Assembly (NCBI RefSeq): GCF_009914755.1
Contig: NC_060939.1
DNA: 64,000 nucleotides
Strand: one strand, 5' to 3'
Source: the human T2T-CHM13v2.0 reference genome, Homo sapiens
Part shown: positions 44,099 to 56,473 of the stretch, piece after piece
How positions within the stretch are numbered: position 1 is the first letter of the stretch
Layout: every line of letters begins with the position of its first letter
Position numbers and translations under genes: made by a program
The notes under the pieces: model-generated
Database searches by the model: none
The model's input: the letters and a program-made list of their open reading frames with translations, nothing else
What the model was told of the DNA's origin: nothing

Positions 44099-44396
44099 GT
44101 AATATGAGAGTTGTGGATGAAGCCAACTGGATTTTAAATGAGTTTGTTTTCATGGAACCGGTCAGGGCCTTTTCATTTTAAAGTTCCAATGATCCAAGTC
44201 AGGAATATTCAAAGGTCGCCTTGGAGTTTATGTACTGTGCTAACTGCCATTTCTCACAGAGGTGACTGAAACTGACAAGTAGTTTCTGATCCATTTTATA
44301 GGTGATGTGCTTCATTTTCATCCTCTAGTTTTCCCTATGTTTGTAGCTACAGGAAACATAAAACTTCCCAACTTTAACTCAAATAAATCATTACAG

Positions 44397-44466
44397 GCTG
44401 AGACTCGGGCTGAGTTTGCGGAGAGGTCAGTAACTAAATTGGAGAAAAGCATTGATGACTTAGAAG
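44397..44466 (+). CDS. TPM1: TPM1 exon 8 ([23 protein letters not shown])
   Basis: ttacag|GCT ... GAAG|gtaaga, 70 nt. Confidence 0.99.
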
Positions 44467-45637
44467 GTAAGATCTTAAGTAGTGTTTTTAGTTTAATCCT
44501 TATGGTTGAATACCAACCTGGCAAAACAATTTTCCAATTCAAGGGCATCCACATTGATACGCTCCTTTGCACTTGCACATTCTTCCTGTGTGTCCTCTGG
44601 GGTTTTTCTCTGTGGCTCTTGAACTCATGAACCTAAGTCTTCTGCTCACGAGGTGACTAGTTAGCCACCAGCCATAGTGGCAAATGCCATCCAGCTTGAC
44701 TTCATGCTCATTACAAGTGTGGCAGGTTTATTTTTCACTGTGAGTGAGGTGCTTATTGGTGAGAATGACTCTAGTATATTTTATATCTTTAGTGTTACTT
44801 CCTAATTAAATTGGGAATGATGTGGTGATTGTGGTCTTGTTTTTAGAAGAACCCATCTTCTTCCAAGTATGAATTCAAAGTAAGGATTTAGGGGTTTTTT
44901 TAAGTCATATATTATCTTAACAAAATACTTTATATCCTGAAGGAGGAGGGAAAAATTATATTTAAGCATTTCTTCCCTAAGGCACTTAGGTTTTATTTTA
45001 GTAATAACCACTCTATCTCACAGATATCCTAAATGTTGAGCTTTGAAGCTTGTGAAGGATTAGCTGTGAACAAGAAAGAAAAAAGACAAATATCTACATC
45101 ACAGAAGGGATTAGAGAAGGAACTAGTGTTTGGTGCAGATAATAACCAAAATAGTGGAGAAGAGAGAATGACAAATGGTTGCAAAATGATCTGCCAAAGT
45201 GCAGCAAAGTATGAAACCTGCAGCATTACAAAAACTAAGTTGCAGACTTGCCATATAAAGTGTGGCGCCCATTGCTTTTCAAGCCTCCTGGACCAGTAAT
45301 AGGCAGCTTGAGTGGGAAGACCACAGGAGTAGCTTAAATGGCACTAAGAAATCGCTATCCCAGTGGTCTAGTGTGGTCAGGAAGTCAGTGGTTTGAAGGT
45401 GGAACCAGATAAGGACTACAGGCTGTAGTCACAAATTGTTCTTCCAAAACACTGCCCTTGCATTTTTTTCCCATTGTTTATAGCTGCAGATGCCTGACTA
45501 CTCCAGTGTAATTAAAATATAGCTCTGCAAAAGAAAGATGTTCCATTAGCCCCTGCCTCCCCTCACCAGGAGACAGCCTTCTGTGGTTTCGTTTACAATT
45601 TAACATGGTTTACTGATATACCTACCATATTTGTTAG

Positions 45638-45964
<327 letters not shown>

Positions 45965-46013
45965 TAAACGTTCATCCACTCTGCCTGCTTACACCCTGCC
46001 CTCATGCTAATGT

Positions 46014-46019
46014 AATAAA
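46014..46019 (+). terminator. Poly(A) signal for terminal use of exon 9a (9a-9')
   Basis: AATAAA 47 nt after the read-through stop; U/GU-rich sequence follows at about 46060-46090. Confidence 0.6.
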
Positions 46020-46504
46020 CTCACCACCATGCCTTCCTTGCTCCCTAATCTCCATCTTTGCACTCTTGTGTTCACCCTTTTTGTCATAACCTAGAATAGT
46101 CATTGTTTTTTCACTTTCTGCTAATATAAAGGCCAATTAGATTAAGTCTGTCTATACAAACCATTTTCTTTTCAGAATCCGTTTATTTTGTAAACGCTGA
46201 ACTAGAGCAGTGAACTAGAATGAGTGACCTTGAGCACTGTCCTTTTGGGAAATTAAGCTAAACTCAAGTAAAACTAGAAGGCCATGCCGTTTGTTGTACA
46301 GGAACTTCTCAAAAAATATCAAAATTTGTTTCCTGAAATTCAACTAAGTACAACATAATCATTTTCGTTAAATATAATTTGAAGGAACCCTTAAAGTGTC
46401 AGGTTATTGAGAATCTGAGGATAAGGAAATTGGCATGATCCAATACAGCTTTAACAGTGGTACTACAAAAGATCATCTCTTTTACTTTTAAGAATTCTAG
46501 AGTA

Positions 46505-46798
46505 GGCCGGGCACAGTGGCTCACGCCTGTAATCCCAGCACTTTGGGAGGCCGAGGCGGGCGGATCACGAGGTCAGGAGATTGAGACCATCCTGGCTAAC
46601 ACGGTGAAACCCTGTCTCTACTAAAAATACAAAAAAAATTAGCCGGGCGTGGTGGTGGATGCCTGTAGTCCCAGCTACTCAGGAGGCTGAGGCAGGAGAA
46701 TGGCATGAACCCGGGAGGTGGAGCTTGCAGTCAGCCGAGATCGCACCACCGCACTCCAGCCTGGACGACAGAGCGAGACTCTGTCTCAAGAAAAAAAA
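46505..46798 (+). mobile_element. AluY element in the intron between 9a and 9b
   Basis: Y diagnostics; TSD AAGAAT..TAGAGTA. Confidence 0.97.
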
Positions 46799-47716
46799 GA
46801 ATGGTAGAGTAAAAAGAACCCTCTGCTGAGTAACCAAGCCTTTAATTTTGTGTTTTTATGAAAGGAATTAAAATACCCACGATAAATATTTACCACAACC
46901 TGTGTCAAATAAATGGGAAATTAAACACAGATTGTACAATGTGAGCTTGGGAGTTAATGGCCCAGATTTTACTGTTAGGCAGTAAGAGTTGGAGTAGGTA
47001 GTCTTGTTATCATGAGAAGAACCTTGAACAGATACAACTAATTTACATATTACTAACCAAACTTAAACATTAAACTTTTTCTACTACTTTAAATTCTAAC
47101 CTGGAATGTTTCAGAGTTCTTCATTCTAATATCACCCTGAATTCCATTGAAGCTGGAAATGTCATTTTCCAAGCCCACCTGTCATTCATTTACCCATGCA
47201 GAAAAAATGGTAACTTGAAGAGAGTGGCATGTGCCTGCTGCCTTAGAGGTTATAGAATCCCCACAGTCAACAAAAAAGCCTCTAGAGACATGACTGTTGC
47301 CATGGAAACCAGAGAAAATGTGTCTTCTCATCCCTCATTTGTAAATGAGGGGGTGGAGCAGATCATCTGTCTCTAAGGTCTTTTTCAGTGCTAAAATGTG
47401 GTGATTCTTTGGGAAAAACTTTTTGCATCAAGTATGATTAAATATTCTGAAAGACGAGTGTAGCTTAAAATTTGTTTTGTTTTTAAATTCTGTTCATGGG
47501 TCTTCTTAAAATGGACCCTTGCCGAAAGGCGGCCTGTGACGGCCTCAGGTGGGAAGATGGATGTCCTTCCAAGGGTGTGGCTGGCAGTGGGGTTTGCATG
47601 ACTGCTTCTTGTCTGTGTTTCAAGTGCTCTCATCTATTGGTTTGGTTTCCTTTCTTTTTTTTTTTTTTCTCATTGTGCCACTTTTTTTTTCCTCCCACCT
47701 TTTTATCTTCACGCAG

Positions 47717-47808
47717 ATAAGTTTCTTTGCTTCACTTCTCCCAAGACTCCCTCGTCGAGCTGGATGTCCCACCTCTCTGAGCTCTGCATTTGTCTATTCT
47801 CCAGCTGA
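47717..47808 (+). CDS. TPM1: TPM1 exon 9b: after 9a it supplies the last base of Ile284 plus TAA (47718-47720); after exon 8 it encodes DKFLCFTSPKTPSSSWMSHLSELCICLFSS* (TMBr-2-type tail)
   Basis: Long U tract, then acgcag|ATAAG. Both frames read directly from the sequence; TGA at 47806-47808. Confidence 0.93.
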
Positions 47809-47894
47809 CCCTGGTTCTCTCTCTTAGCATCCTGCCTTAGAGCCAGGCACACACTGTGCTTTCTATTGTACAGAAGCTCTTCGTTTCAGTGTCA

Positions 47895-47976
47895 AATAAA
47901 CACTGTGTAAGCTATTTCTGTTTGCTATTCTTTTTACTTCTTATTTATTGACATTTTAGTTTCAACATTGAATAAA
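47895..47976 (+). terminator. Tandem poly(A) signals of exon 9b (AATAAA 47895-47900 and 47971-47976)
   Basis: Canonical hexamers; U-rich sequence follows the first. Confidence 0.85.
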
Positions 47977-50686
47977 ACTACAAAGCTGCTTCACACATAT
48001 GAGGGTTAGTGTTTGGCTGCTGCTTTTTCTTTTTAAATACTGAACACTATACAGAATTATATCAGGAGTTTCTAAAGCAGTAGTTCCTTGTTGAACTTCA
48101 AAAAAATACCCAGGCCTGCATTCCCTCTCAGAGTTCTGATTTTCAAAGGTTAGAATGAGGTCTGGACATCTGGGGGGGTTTTGGGGGAATTGTGATGGCT
48201 CTGCTTTGCAGTCTGGGTCACACAGGGGACATTGCTTGTTGAGAGTTGAAAGGTCTGGCTTGATCAGTGTCTTCCTTTGCTGGAGGTTTAGCTCGGGATG
48301 TAGTGACCCCTCTGTGTTGATTATTTCGGTGGCCTTACTTGGGAGGACCTGGCTAACTAATGAAAGGCTCATGATGAATGGTTCTGTAGCTGTCCCATAT
48401 TACTAGGAAGTTATACATTGAGAAGGGTGAAAAAGAACTTGGATTCAAACAATGTAAGTTTTGGTTATTGTCGATCATCCTTTTATAGCACAAAGAAAAG
48501 TTCAAGCTTTTTTGAAGTATATTCATGACTCAGCCACCTTTATTTTGATCATGAAAATGACATCTTAGGTTTTCTAAATATGATTACTCTGTTTAGTCGT
48601 GATTTGTTTTGTGCTTTTTAGCACATACTCTTTGGGAGGGATTGTACATAATCTTTGTGTTCAATGGCTGTGTTTTCATTTGTGGACATTTTTAAAATAT
48701 AGCAATGAAAGTTTCTTTTTTTTTTCCCAAAAAGATAGTTGGTGGAAATTGTTCAGAAGACAATTGTATTTCATTTGGGCTTCTGTTTTATTTCACAAAC
48801 AGCAATTAAGTGATTTTTTTAAAAAAATACATTGCAAAAAATAGAACTTTAACTAATATGGACTTTAGTGTTATAATTCCCAACATTTCTCCTTCCTCAA
48901 CAATCTAGCTATATATTTCTCCTGTTTTTTTTTTAACATGGATGATCTGCATGTTTTGTATATAGTTTTTTTAGCCCGAGAGGGCTGATATACCACCATA
49001 CTCAAATAAATTTGGACAAACTCAGAAGATAGTGTCATTCTCACTCTACAGAGACTTCAAAGCATAGAGGAAATACTTTTTTTTAAAGAAAGCTGTGAAT
49101 TAAAGTATTTTAGTCATAGTATGGTGGAATTTTAGAATCTGGACAATGTCTCTCCCTTGAGTTTATAAAGACTTCCATGATTTCCTGCTTTTCTTTTCTT
49201 AAGGCTCCTTGGGCCTGCTTCTGACTATGATTCCTTCCTCATTCTTTTTTAAATTCAGAATAAGAGAAGTGTACCCTTCTCTGAGTAAATCCTGCTTCCT
49301 GATGTAGACAAAATGCCAAGTCTGAAAGTTCTGCTGAGCAGATGTTCATGTAATTCTGGAGGCACATCTGTGTTTTGGAAATCCTTCCAGAGACTTTCGC
49401 ACTTTCTATAAGTACACTCTACAAGGGGAAGTGGGGCACTAATGGACTGGGAGGGCAGGTCAGGAGTAGCCCAAGGTATGCATGTGCAAGAGGAAAACTT
49501 GATAAACTCAAGTTTATCAAGAAATTGTTGATTTCTTGTTCAACTGTTGATTTGAACCAGGCTTCTGGTTCAAAGGGCCAGGCCATAGCTACAGCTGCTC
49601 TGGTGGGCCAAACCAAAAGCATCACTGAGTTTGGGCACTTGAAGTTTCAGACAGCTGGGAGTCTCCATAGAACCGGAAGGGAAAACACTTCCAAGGATAT
49701 GAGCATGTCTTGTCCCTGCCTTTGGGCCACCCATGCACACCAGCTCCACAGCAGCTGAAGCAGAGCAGATCCAGAGGAGGCTGTCGGAGGGACCACTGTC
49801 CTTCCTGCTGAATTCATACTGACCCTCTGGATTCTCCAGATTTTCTCCAAAGTTCTTCCATTCTAGCCTGGCCAAACATTTGGGCTCAGCAAACTGAGAC
49901 AAGCTCCCCACCCATGGCGACACTTCCTATGTCCATAGTGTGAATGTAGTAATGGGATATATGTCTTGGAACCCCCAAGCATATGTCACGTGCAAAACAC
50001 CGTGGGAAGCAGTGGGGGTGTGGTAAAGAGATGGGCTGGAAAGGCTCTTTGTCCTCAATAAGCTGGCCATCTGATGGGGAGATAGAGGAGTGAAGCGAGT
50101 CCGAACTAATAGGCATGTGTATTTGGAGGCAACAAGGAAGAGAGAACCATTCTGACTGGGAGCTCCCTGGAGGAGGTAGCGGACATTTGACTGGGGTTTG
50201 GCATATTCAAAAAATGTGGATGAGCAAAGAGGACAGAGCAGCAGATATTCCAAGCGAGAAAACATAACGAGCATAGCATCCTCCCATGTCCTACCATTTA
50301 TAAGAGAATGTTAATGTGAGAACTGCTCAGTCTCCTGACAGACCCGGGGGCTGCAGGCACATTTTCCCTAGGGGTAGGTCTGTTAGCTTTTCAAGATCAT
50401 GAAGTATTTTTAGGTCCAAGTTGTCACCAGCATTCAAAGCCACCGTGCATCCTCCAGCTGTTCCCAGCGCATACCGGGCTCTTGCTTGTCATAGCTTGGA
50501 TGTCCCCTGGATCATCAGATACAGACTGACTCCTGCACTTGTTTTCCCCCGTAAGCAGATCACGTGTCAGTGTGTAAAATGTATATCACGCTGGTCTTCA
50601 TGTAGGTGTTGCAAGTTTCGTTCATTTTATACACATCCATTAGCACCACACATGAATGCCATCCTCTTCAAGAAGTAAGCAGATAG

Positions 50687-51000
<314 letters not shown>

Positions 51001-51688
51001 CTAAATCAGTGTTGAGTGGTGACAAGTGCTTGTTCTTTTGCTGTTTGAATGGATAACACTATCAAAGCTAGACAGGAGTCAGAATGTGTACCCTGTATTG
51101 TGGTGACTGGGGGAAGGACAGAGACTTAATTCCAAATTTCAAAAAATTTCAGTGCAGCAAAAGCAGTAACCCCCAGTTGGTCCTACCTGAGGGGAAAGCC
51201 TGCCCTGTGAACGGAGAGGAAAGGGGTTCTGGAAGAGGTGGGCAGCACTGGGCAGGTTGATGTTTCACTTAAGTTCAACACTGAGCCCTAGCAAGGGGTG
51301 GATGTCACGCTGGGCTCGCCTCCAGCCAGGCCTGCATTCCCAAATCTATTGCCAGAAACCATGTATGGCTCAGCTCACAAAGTGGTTTAGTGAGGTATAA
51401 GAGGAACATTCACTCTTCTTCCTCCTCTTATCCTGTTGCTCCTCCTCCCCTCCTTTCCTCACCAAGAGAGAAATTCTGACACTTCCTAAGTCTACCAAGC
51501 TTTTTAGGGTCTACCCTTCCTGGATACAGGACAGGTGACTATGGGGTAAGAGTAAACTGCTCAGCAAGTGACCAGTTGCTGTCCTGCTTGAGGTCTCTTT
51601 GTGTTCTCTATTAACTGCCTCTCACCAAGTCTGCTAACCTGTCTTCCTTCTGCCTCTTTTCTGCTAACCTGCTTGCTGACCTGTACAG

Positions 51689-51762
51689 ATCAACTCTACC
51701 AGCAACTTGAGCAAAATCGCCGCCTCACTAATGAACTAAAGCTGGCCCTGAATGAGGATTAA
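51689..51762 (+). CDS. TPM1: TPM1 exon 9c coding part (brain C-terminus DQLYQQLEQNRRLTNELKLALNED*)
   Basis: gtacag|AT CAA ... GAT TAA; phase matches exon 8. Confidence 0.97.
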
Positions 51763-52105
51763 ACTTAAGAGTGAAAAAACTTGGGCTGAATTCTAGGCGT
51801 GGAGCCCATGTGCAGAAAATCTAAGACTGTCCTACCTTCAACTAATAGAGTTGAAAACAGTTGCTTTCTGCAGAAATGCAAATGCAAGGAATTGGCTGAA
51901 AGGCTGGCCTTGCCTGCTTGTTTCTCTATATGGCTGGAATAATTACGTTCTCTTTAATCACAAAACAGCTTTTATGGTAGAATACTTATATCAATTCAGC
52001 ACTGCTCCTTGAAATAGCAGGTCCTCTTGTTTGAACTGATAAATAATGAGGAGCCCCCCCAAAAAATGTTTTCTATTTCCTGACAGCCATGAGTCCTACT
52101 TTAAG

Positions 52106-52106
<1 letters not shown>

Positions 52107-52168
<62 letters not shown>
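52107..52168. repeat. Compound (TA)n(TG)n(TA)n microsatellite in the 9c 3'UTR
   Basis: Read directly from the sequence. Confidence 0.97.
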
Positions 52169-52357
52169 TCCTATCAGATACTCATATTCCTAACTTCTAA
52201 ATATCTGGTATAGTGTTTGAAATATGATTAAATGTACCTATGCTTGGGCAAAATAGCTTTTGAAAACAGGAACTCATGCCAGAAGCCCCTGGTTGTCTGA
52301 AAGGTATGCTTTACTCAGTCTAATGGTGCTGTTGGAGTCTGGGGAGAATGTCATGCT

Positions 52358-52449
52358 AATAAATAGAACACTATAAAAATATTAAGAGAATGTCCTAATG
52401 AAGTGTGCATGAAACATGTTGACAATTTTTTATGAGCAACAGAAATAAA
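52358..52449 (+). terminator. Candidate poly(A) signals of exon 9c (AATAAA 52358-52363 and 52444-52449)
   Basis: Canonical hexamers; GU/U-rich sequence follows at about 52475-52510. Confidence 0.6.
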
Positions 52450-52924
52450 TCATTTTAAAAGTTCTCAGAAAACCTATTTATGTCATCTTTGCTTTTGTGA
52501 GTTTGTGTTACCGCACAACTCCCAGACTTTTAACTGCCTGTACCTTGGAAATGTCTGCTGTTCGTAACTTCTTCAGTTTGTATAACAGTGCTGCAGCTGT
52601 ATTTGGTTTTTACCTCTCCCTGTTCCCACGGCACACCGTCAGTGAACCTTCACCAAACCCCACGTGCATTTTATCCTCAGTGAATTGTTGGTGGAGGTGC
52701 ACCTGACTGCTCTGTGAGAATCCGTGCCATGGCTCCTTTGGGTCAAAGATGCCCTCCCCTCCGTCTTAGGTTCTTGTCTAGAAATGAGTAATGTCTTACA
52801 AGCATGCCTAGTTCTAATCATCTCATCCTGTGTTTGTGATTGATGTTTGCCTGCCTAAATGTACAAACCACCATTGTGTCCAAAGCACAGCTATTCATGA
52901 CTTAATTTTCTAATCTCACCACAG

Positions 52925-53007
52925 AGAAAGTGGCTCATGCCAAAGAAGAAAACCTTAGTATGCATCAGATGCTGGATCAGACTTTACTGGAGTTAAACAA
53001 CATGTGA
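52925..53007 (+). CDS. TPM1: TPM1 exon 9d coding part (smooth/non-muscle C-terminus EKVAHAKEENLSMHQMLDQTLLELNNM*)
   Basis: ccacag|AG AAA ... ATG TGA. Confidence 0.99.
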
Positions 53008-53038
53008 AAACCTCCTTAGCTGCGACCACATTCTTTCA

Positions 53039-53068
53039 TTTTGTTTTGTTTTGTTTTGTTTTGTTTTT
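53039..53068. repeat. (TTTTG)n in the 9d 3'UTR
   Basis: Five to six units immediately after the stop codon region. Confidence 0.95.
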
Positions 53069-53728
53069 AAACACCTGCTTACCCCTTAAATGCAATTTAT
53101 TTACTTTTACCACTGTCACAGAAACATCCACAAGATACCAGCTAGGTCAGGGGGTGGGGAAAACACATACAAAAAGGCAAGCCCATGTCAGGGCGATCCT
53201 GGTTCAAATGTGCCATTTCCCGGGTTGATGCTGCCACACTTTGTAGAGAGTTTAGCAACACAGTGTGCTTAGTCAGCGTAGGAATCCTCACTAAAGCAGG
53301 AGAAGTTCCATTCAAAGTGCCAATGATAGAGTCAACAGGAAGGTTAATGTTGGAAACACAATCAGGTGTGGATTGGTGCTACTTTGAACAAAAGGTCCCC
53401 CTGTGGTCTTTTGTTCAACATTGTACAATGTAGAACTCTGTCCAACACTAATTTATTTTGTCTTGAGTTTTACTACAAGATGAGACTATGGATCCCGCAT
53501 GCCTGAATTCACTAAAGCCAAGGGTCTGTAAGCCACGCTGCTCTTCTGAGACTTCCATTCCTTTCTGATTGGCACACGTGCAGCTCATGACAATCTGTAG
53601 GATAACAATCAGTGTGGATTTCCACTCTTTTCAGTCCTTCATGTTAAAGATTTAGACACCACATACAACTGGTAAAGGACGTTTTCTTGAGAGTTTTAAC
53701 TATATGTAAACATTGTATAATGATATGG

Positions 53729-53734
53729 AATAAA
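53729..53734 (+). terminator. Poly(A) signal of exon 9d
   Basis: AATAAA with upstream TGTA motifs and a downstream GU-rich region (53761-53810). Confidence 0.9.
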
Positions 53735-54925
53735 ATGCACATTGTAGGACATTTTCTAAATTTGGTGGTCCTGTCATTTGTATGTTCTTAATTTGTGAAC
53801 TTTTGAACGTGTGACTGACCTGCCTTCCCCCACAAATAGGTTCTCAAAACAATATCCCACAGTCCAGGGGAAACTGGGTTTCATGTGTTACCTTCTCAGA
53901 AACACTAAAGGCAGCATTATTTTGGTCTGTTAAAGTTATAACCAAGCAGGAGAGACCCTTTCCAAATGTTGTTTTCAATGTTATTGGTGTATGCCTGCAC
54001 ATACATGTAGGACTTTGGCAGTGGCTTTACTGGTTTGGGGATTTTTCTTCCTGACATATTAGCTAAGCCTCTAGCAGTGGCATAGCCACACAAGAACAAA
54101 TGATGGGTTAATGTGCCAAATCTGCTGTTGTCCCCCAGCGATATGATTTGACTCAAACTACTGCTTTAGCGAGTCTTTATGACTTTCTGCTTCCCAACTC
54201 ATGAGTTCTCAATTCCAATACGTCTCCATTTTCTCAGACTTGGAAACTAAAAATGTCATCAGTCATTTCCCTAGCTCTTGAAGACTCTAAGCAAACAAAA
54301 ATAGATTACAGACAATACTGGCTTCAGCTGTGCTGCAGGGAGAAAAAAGGATGTTCTCACCAAAAGCAAACAGAATGGAAACAAATGAAAACTCATTTGG
54401 ATGCAGATATATTTTCATTCAAAAGTATCAAATATCTCTGTAACTGTACTTCCATGTCTCTTAATCAGGAATCTCTTCTCCACAGAAAGACAAAGGCTGT
54501 AAGGCAAAGAATCCAAGCAGGGTCCCGGAGCCTGGTTTTAGGTCTCCTTCCAAAAAGCTGTCCCCTTGCTCACGGCAAATAAATGCACAGGTCTCAACCT
54601 TCCTACAGTTTCAGGACCCCTCGCCTCACCTCTGCCAATCCTCAGCTAGGAAAAAACCCTCTCTGCATCACTCTAGTCATGGAAGCCTTTCCTAAACCTG
54701 GTCCTCTTTCACTCGGGGAGCCAGATCTGGCTTCAGATCCAGACTCCACCTTTATGAGACTGCCTAACCTGTCAAGTCCCTAAATCTGAGCTGCTCCATC
54801 TTTAACATGGAGATGAGATTAGCACCTAGCTCATAGTTTATAACTGTGGGAGTCTAATCTATAACCACTTCAAGTACACGGCACAGTACCAGGCGCCTAG
54901 GTCTTGTTCCATAAGTTAACCGCTC

Positions 54926-55220
54926 GGCCAGGCATGGTGGCTCACGCCTGTAATCCCACCACTTTGGGAGGCTAAGGCAGGTGGATCGCTTGAGGTCAGG
55001 AGTTTGAATGAGACCAGCGTGGCCAACACAGCAAAACCCTGTCTTTACTAAAGTTACAAAAATCAGCCAGGCATGGTGGTGTGCACTTAAAATACCAGCT
55101 ACTCAGGAGGCTGAGGTAGGAGAATCGCTTGAACCCGGGAGGTGGAGGTTGCGGTAAGCCAAGATCACACAACTGCACTCCAGCCTGGATGACAGAGTGA
55201 GGCTCCATCTCAAAAAAAAA
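54926..55220 (+). mobile_element. AluS-type element
   Basis: Full-length Alu, TSD AAGTTAAC(C/T)GCT. Confidence 0.96.
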
Positions 55221-56081
55221 GTTAACTGCTGTGGTCCTCAACTTGCCATTTGTGCTCCAAAGACCACCACAGAAGATAGTACCCATCCTTGTGAAGCTAA
55301 GGGGGGACTAACCTTACCCCAAATTATGATGGTTTTTAACACTTTCGGATCCCATTTATGTGTGCTAAAGAACTTGTACTCACAAGGGTTATTTCACTTA
55401 AGCCTCACGTCACTGAGGCTTAGATACTCAGTTCAGTAGCTCCCAAGTAGTGGGGTTGGGCTTCAAACTCTGGCCCTGTGTGACTCCTGAGCCCTGTCTG
55501 GAATCTCCTTCCCCTTGTTTCAAACGCTTTACAGCAGAAGAAAAACAGTTTCTAGATAATAGATGAAAACAGATGAAGCCGCAGGTATAATTAGGAGAGG
55601 AGGAGGCTGGGAAGATGGAGGTGGAGTCAACCATTTAGCAGCTGACACGACCGTGTGGGAGTGGTTTAACACCTGACTTCCCCTCTGGGTTCCAGGGATC
55701 AGACAAGATCAGTTAATTATGAAGCATCATGCCAATTCGAAGAATGATTACCTAATCTTTCAGATTAATATAAAAAAGGAGAACGGCTCTGTCTCTACAT
55801 GGTACACGCCTGGGGTATGACTGGGTGTGATAACCTCTGAACATGCCACTCTGTGAGGTCAAGGTACAGAGATTAGGACTCTTGAATATGGAAAGGCCAA
55901 GGCTGGAAGCTGAGATGGTCACCATTTAGAGAACCATGAGGTGTAGAGAGAGAATTCAAGATTCATGTTCTAAATTCCATTGCTGAAACTTAGCAGTCCC
56001 AGATTTCAGAATGAACAGCTGAACAGTTGCCCTGTTCAGAGTAAAACATTGTGGAACTCCACAGAGAAAGGACACAGGTAA

Positions 56082-56473
<392 letters not shown>

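Noticed and set aside
44365-44396. U12-like branch sequence and missing pyrimidine tract suggesting a minor intron 7
   Set aside because: The donor is GTAATATG rather than GTATCCTT, and the branch match is incomplete.
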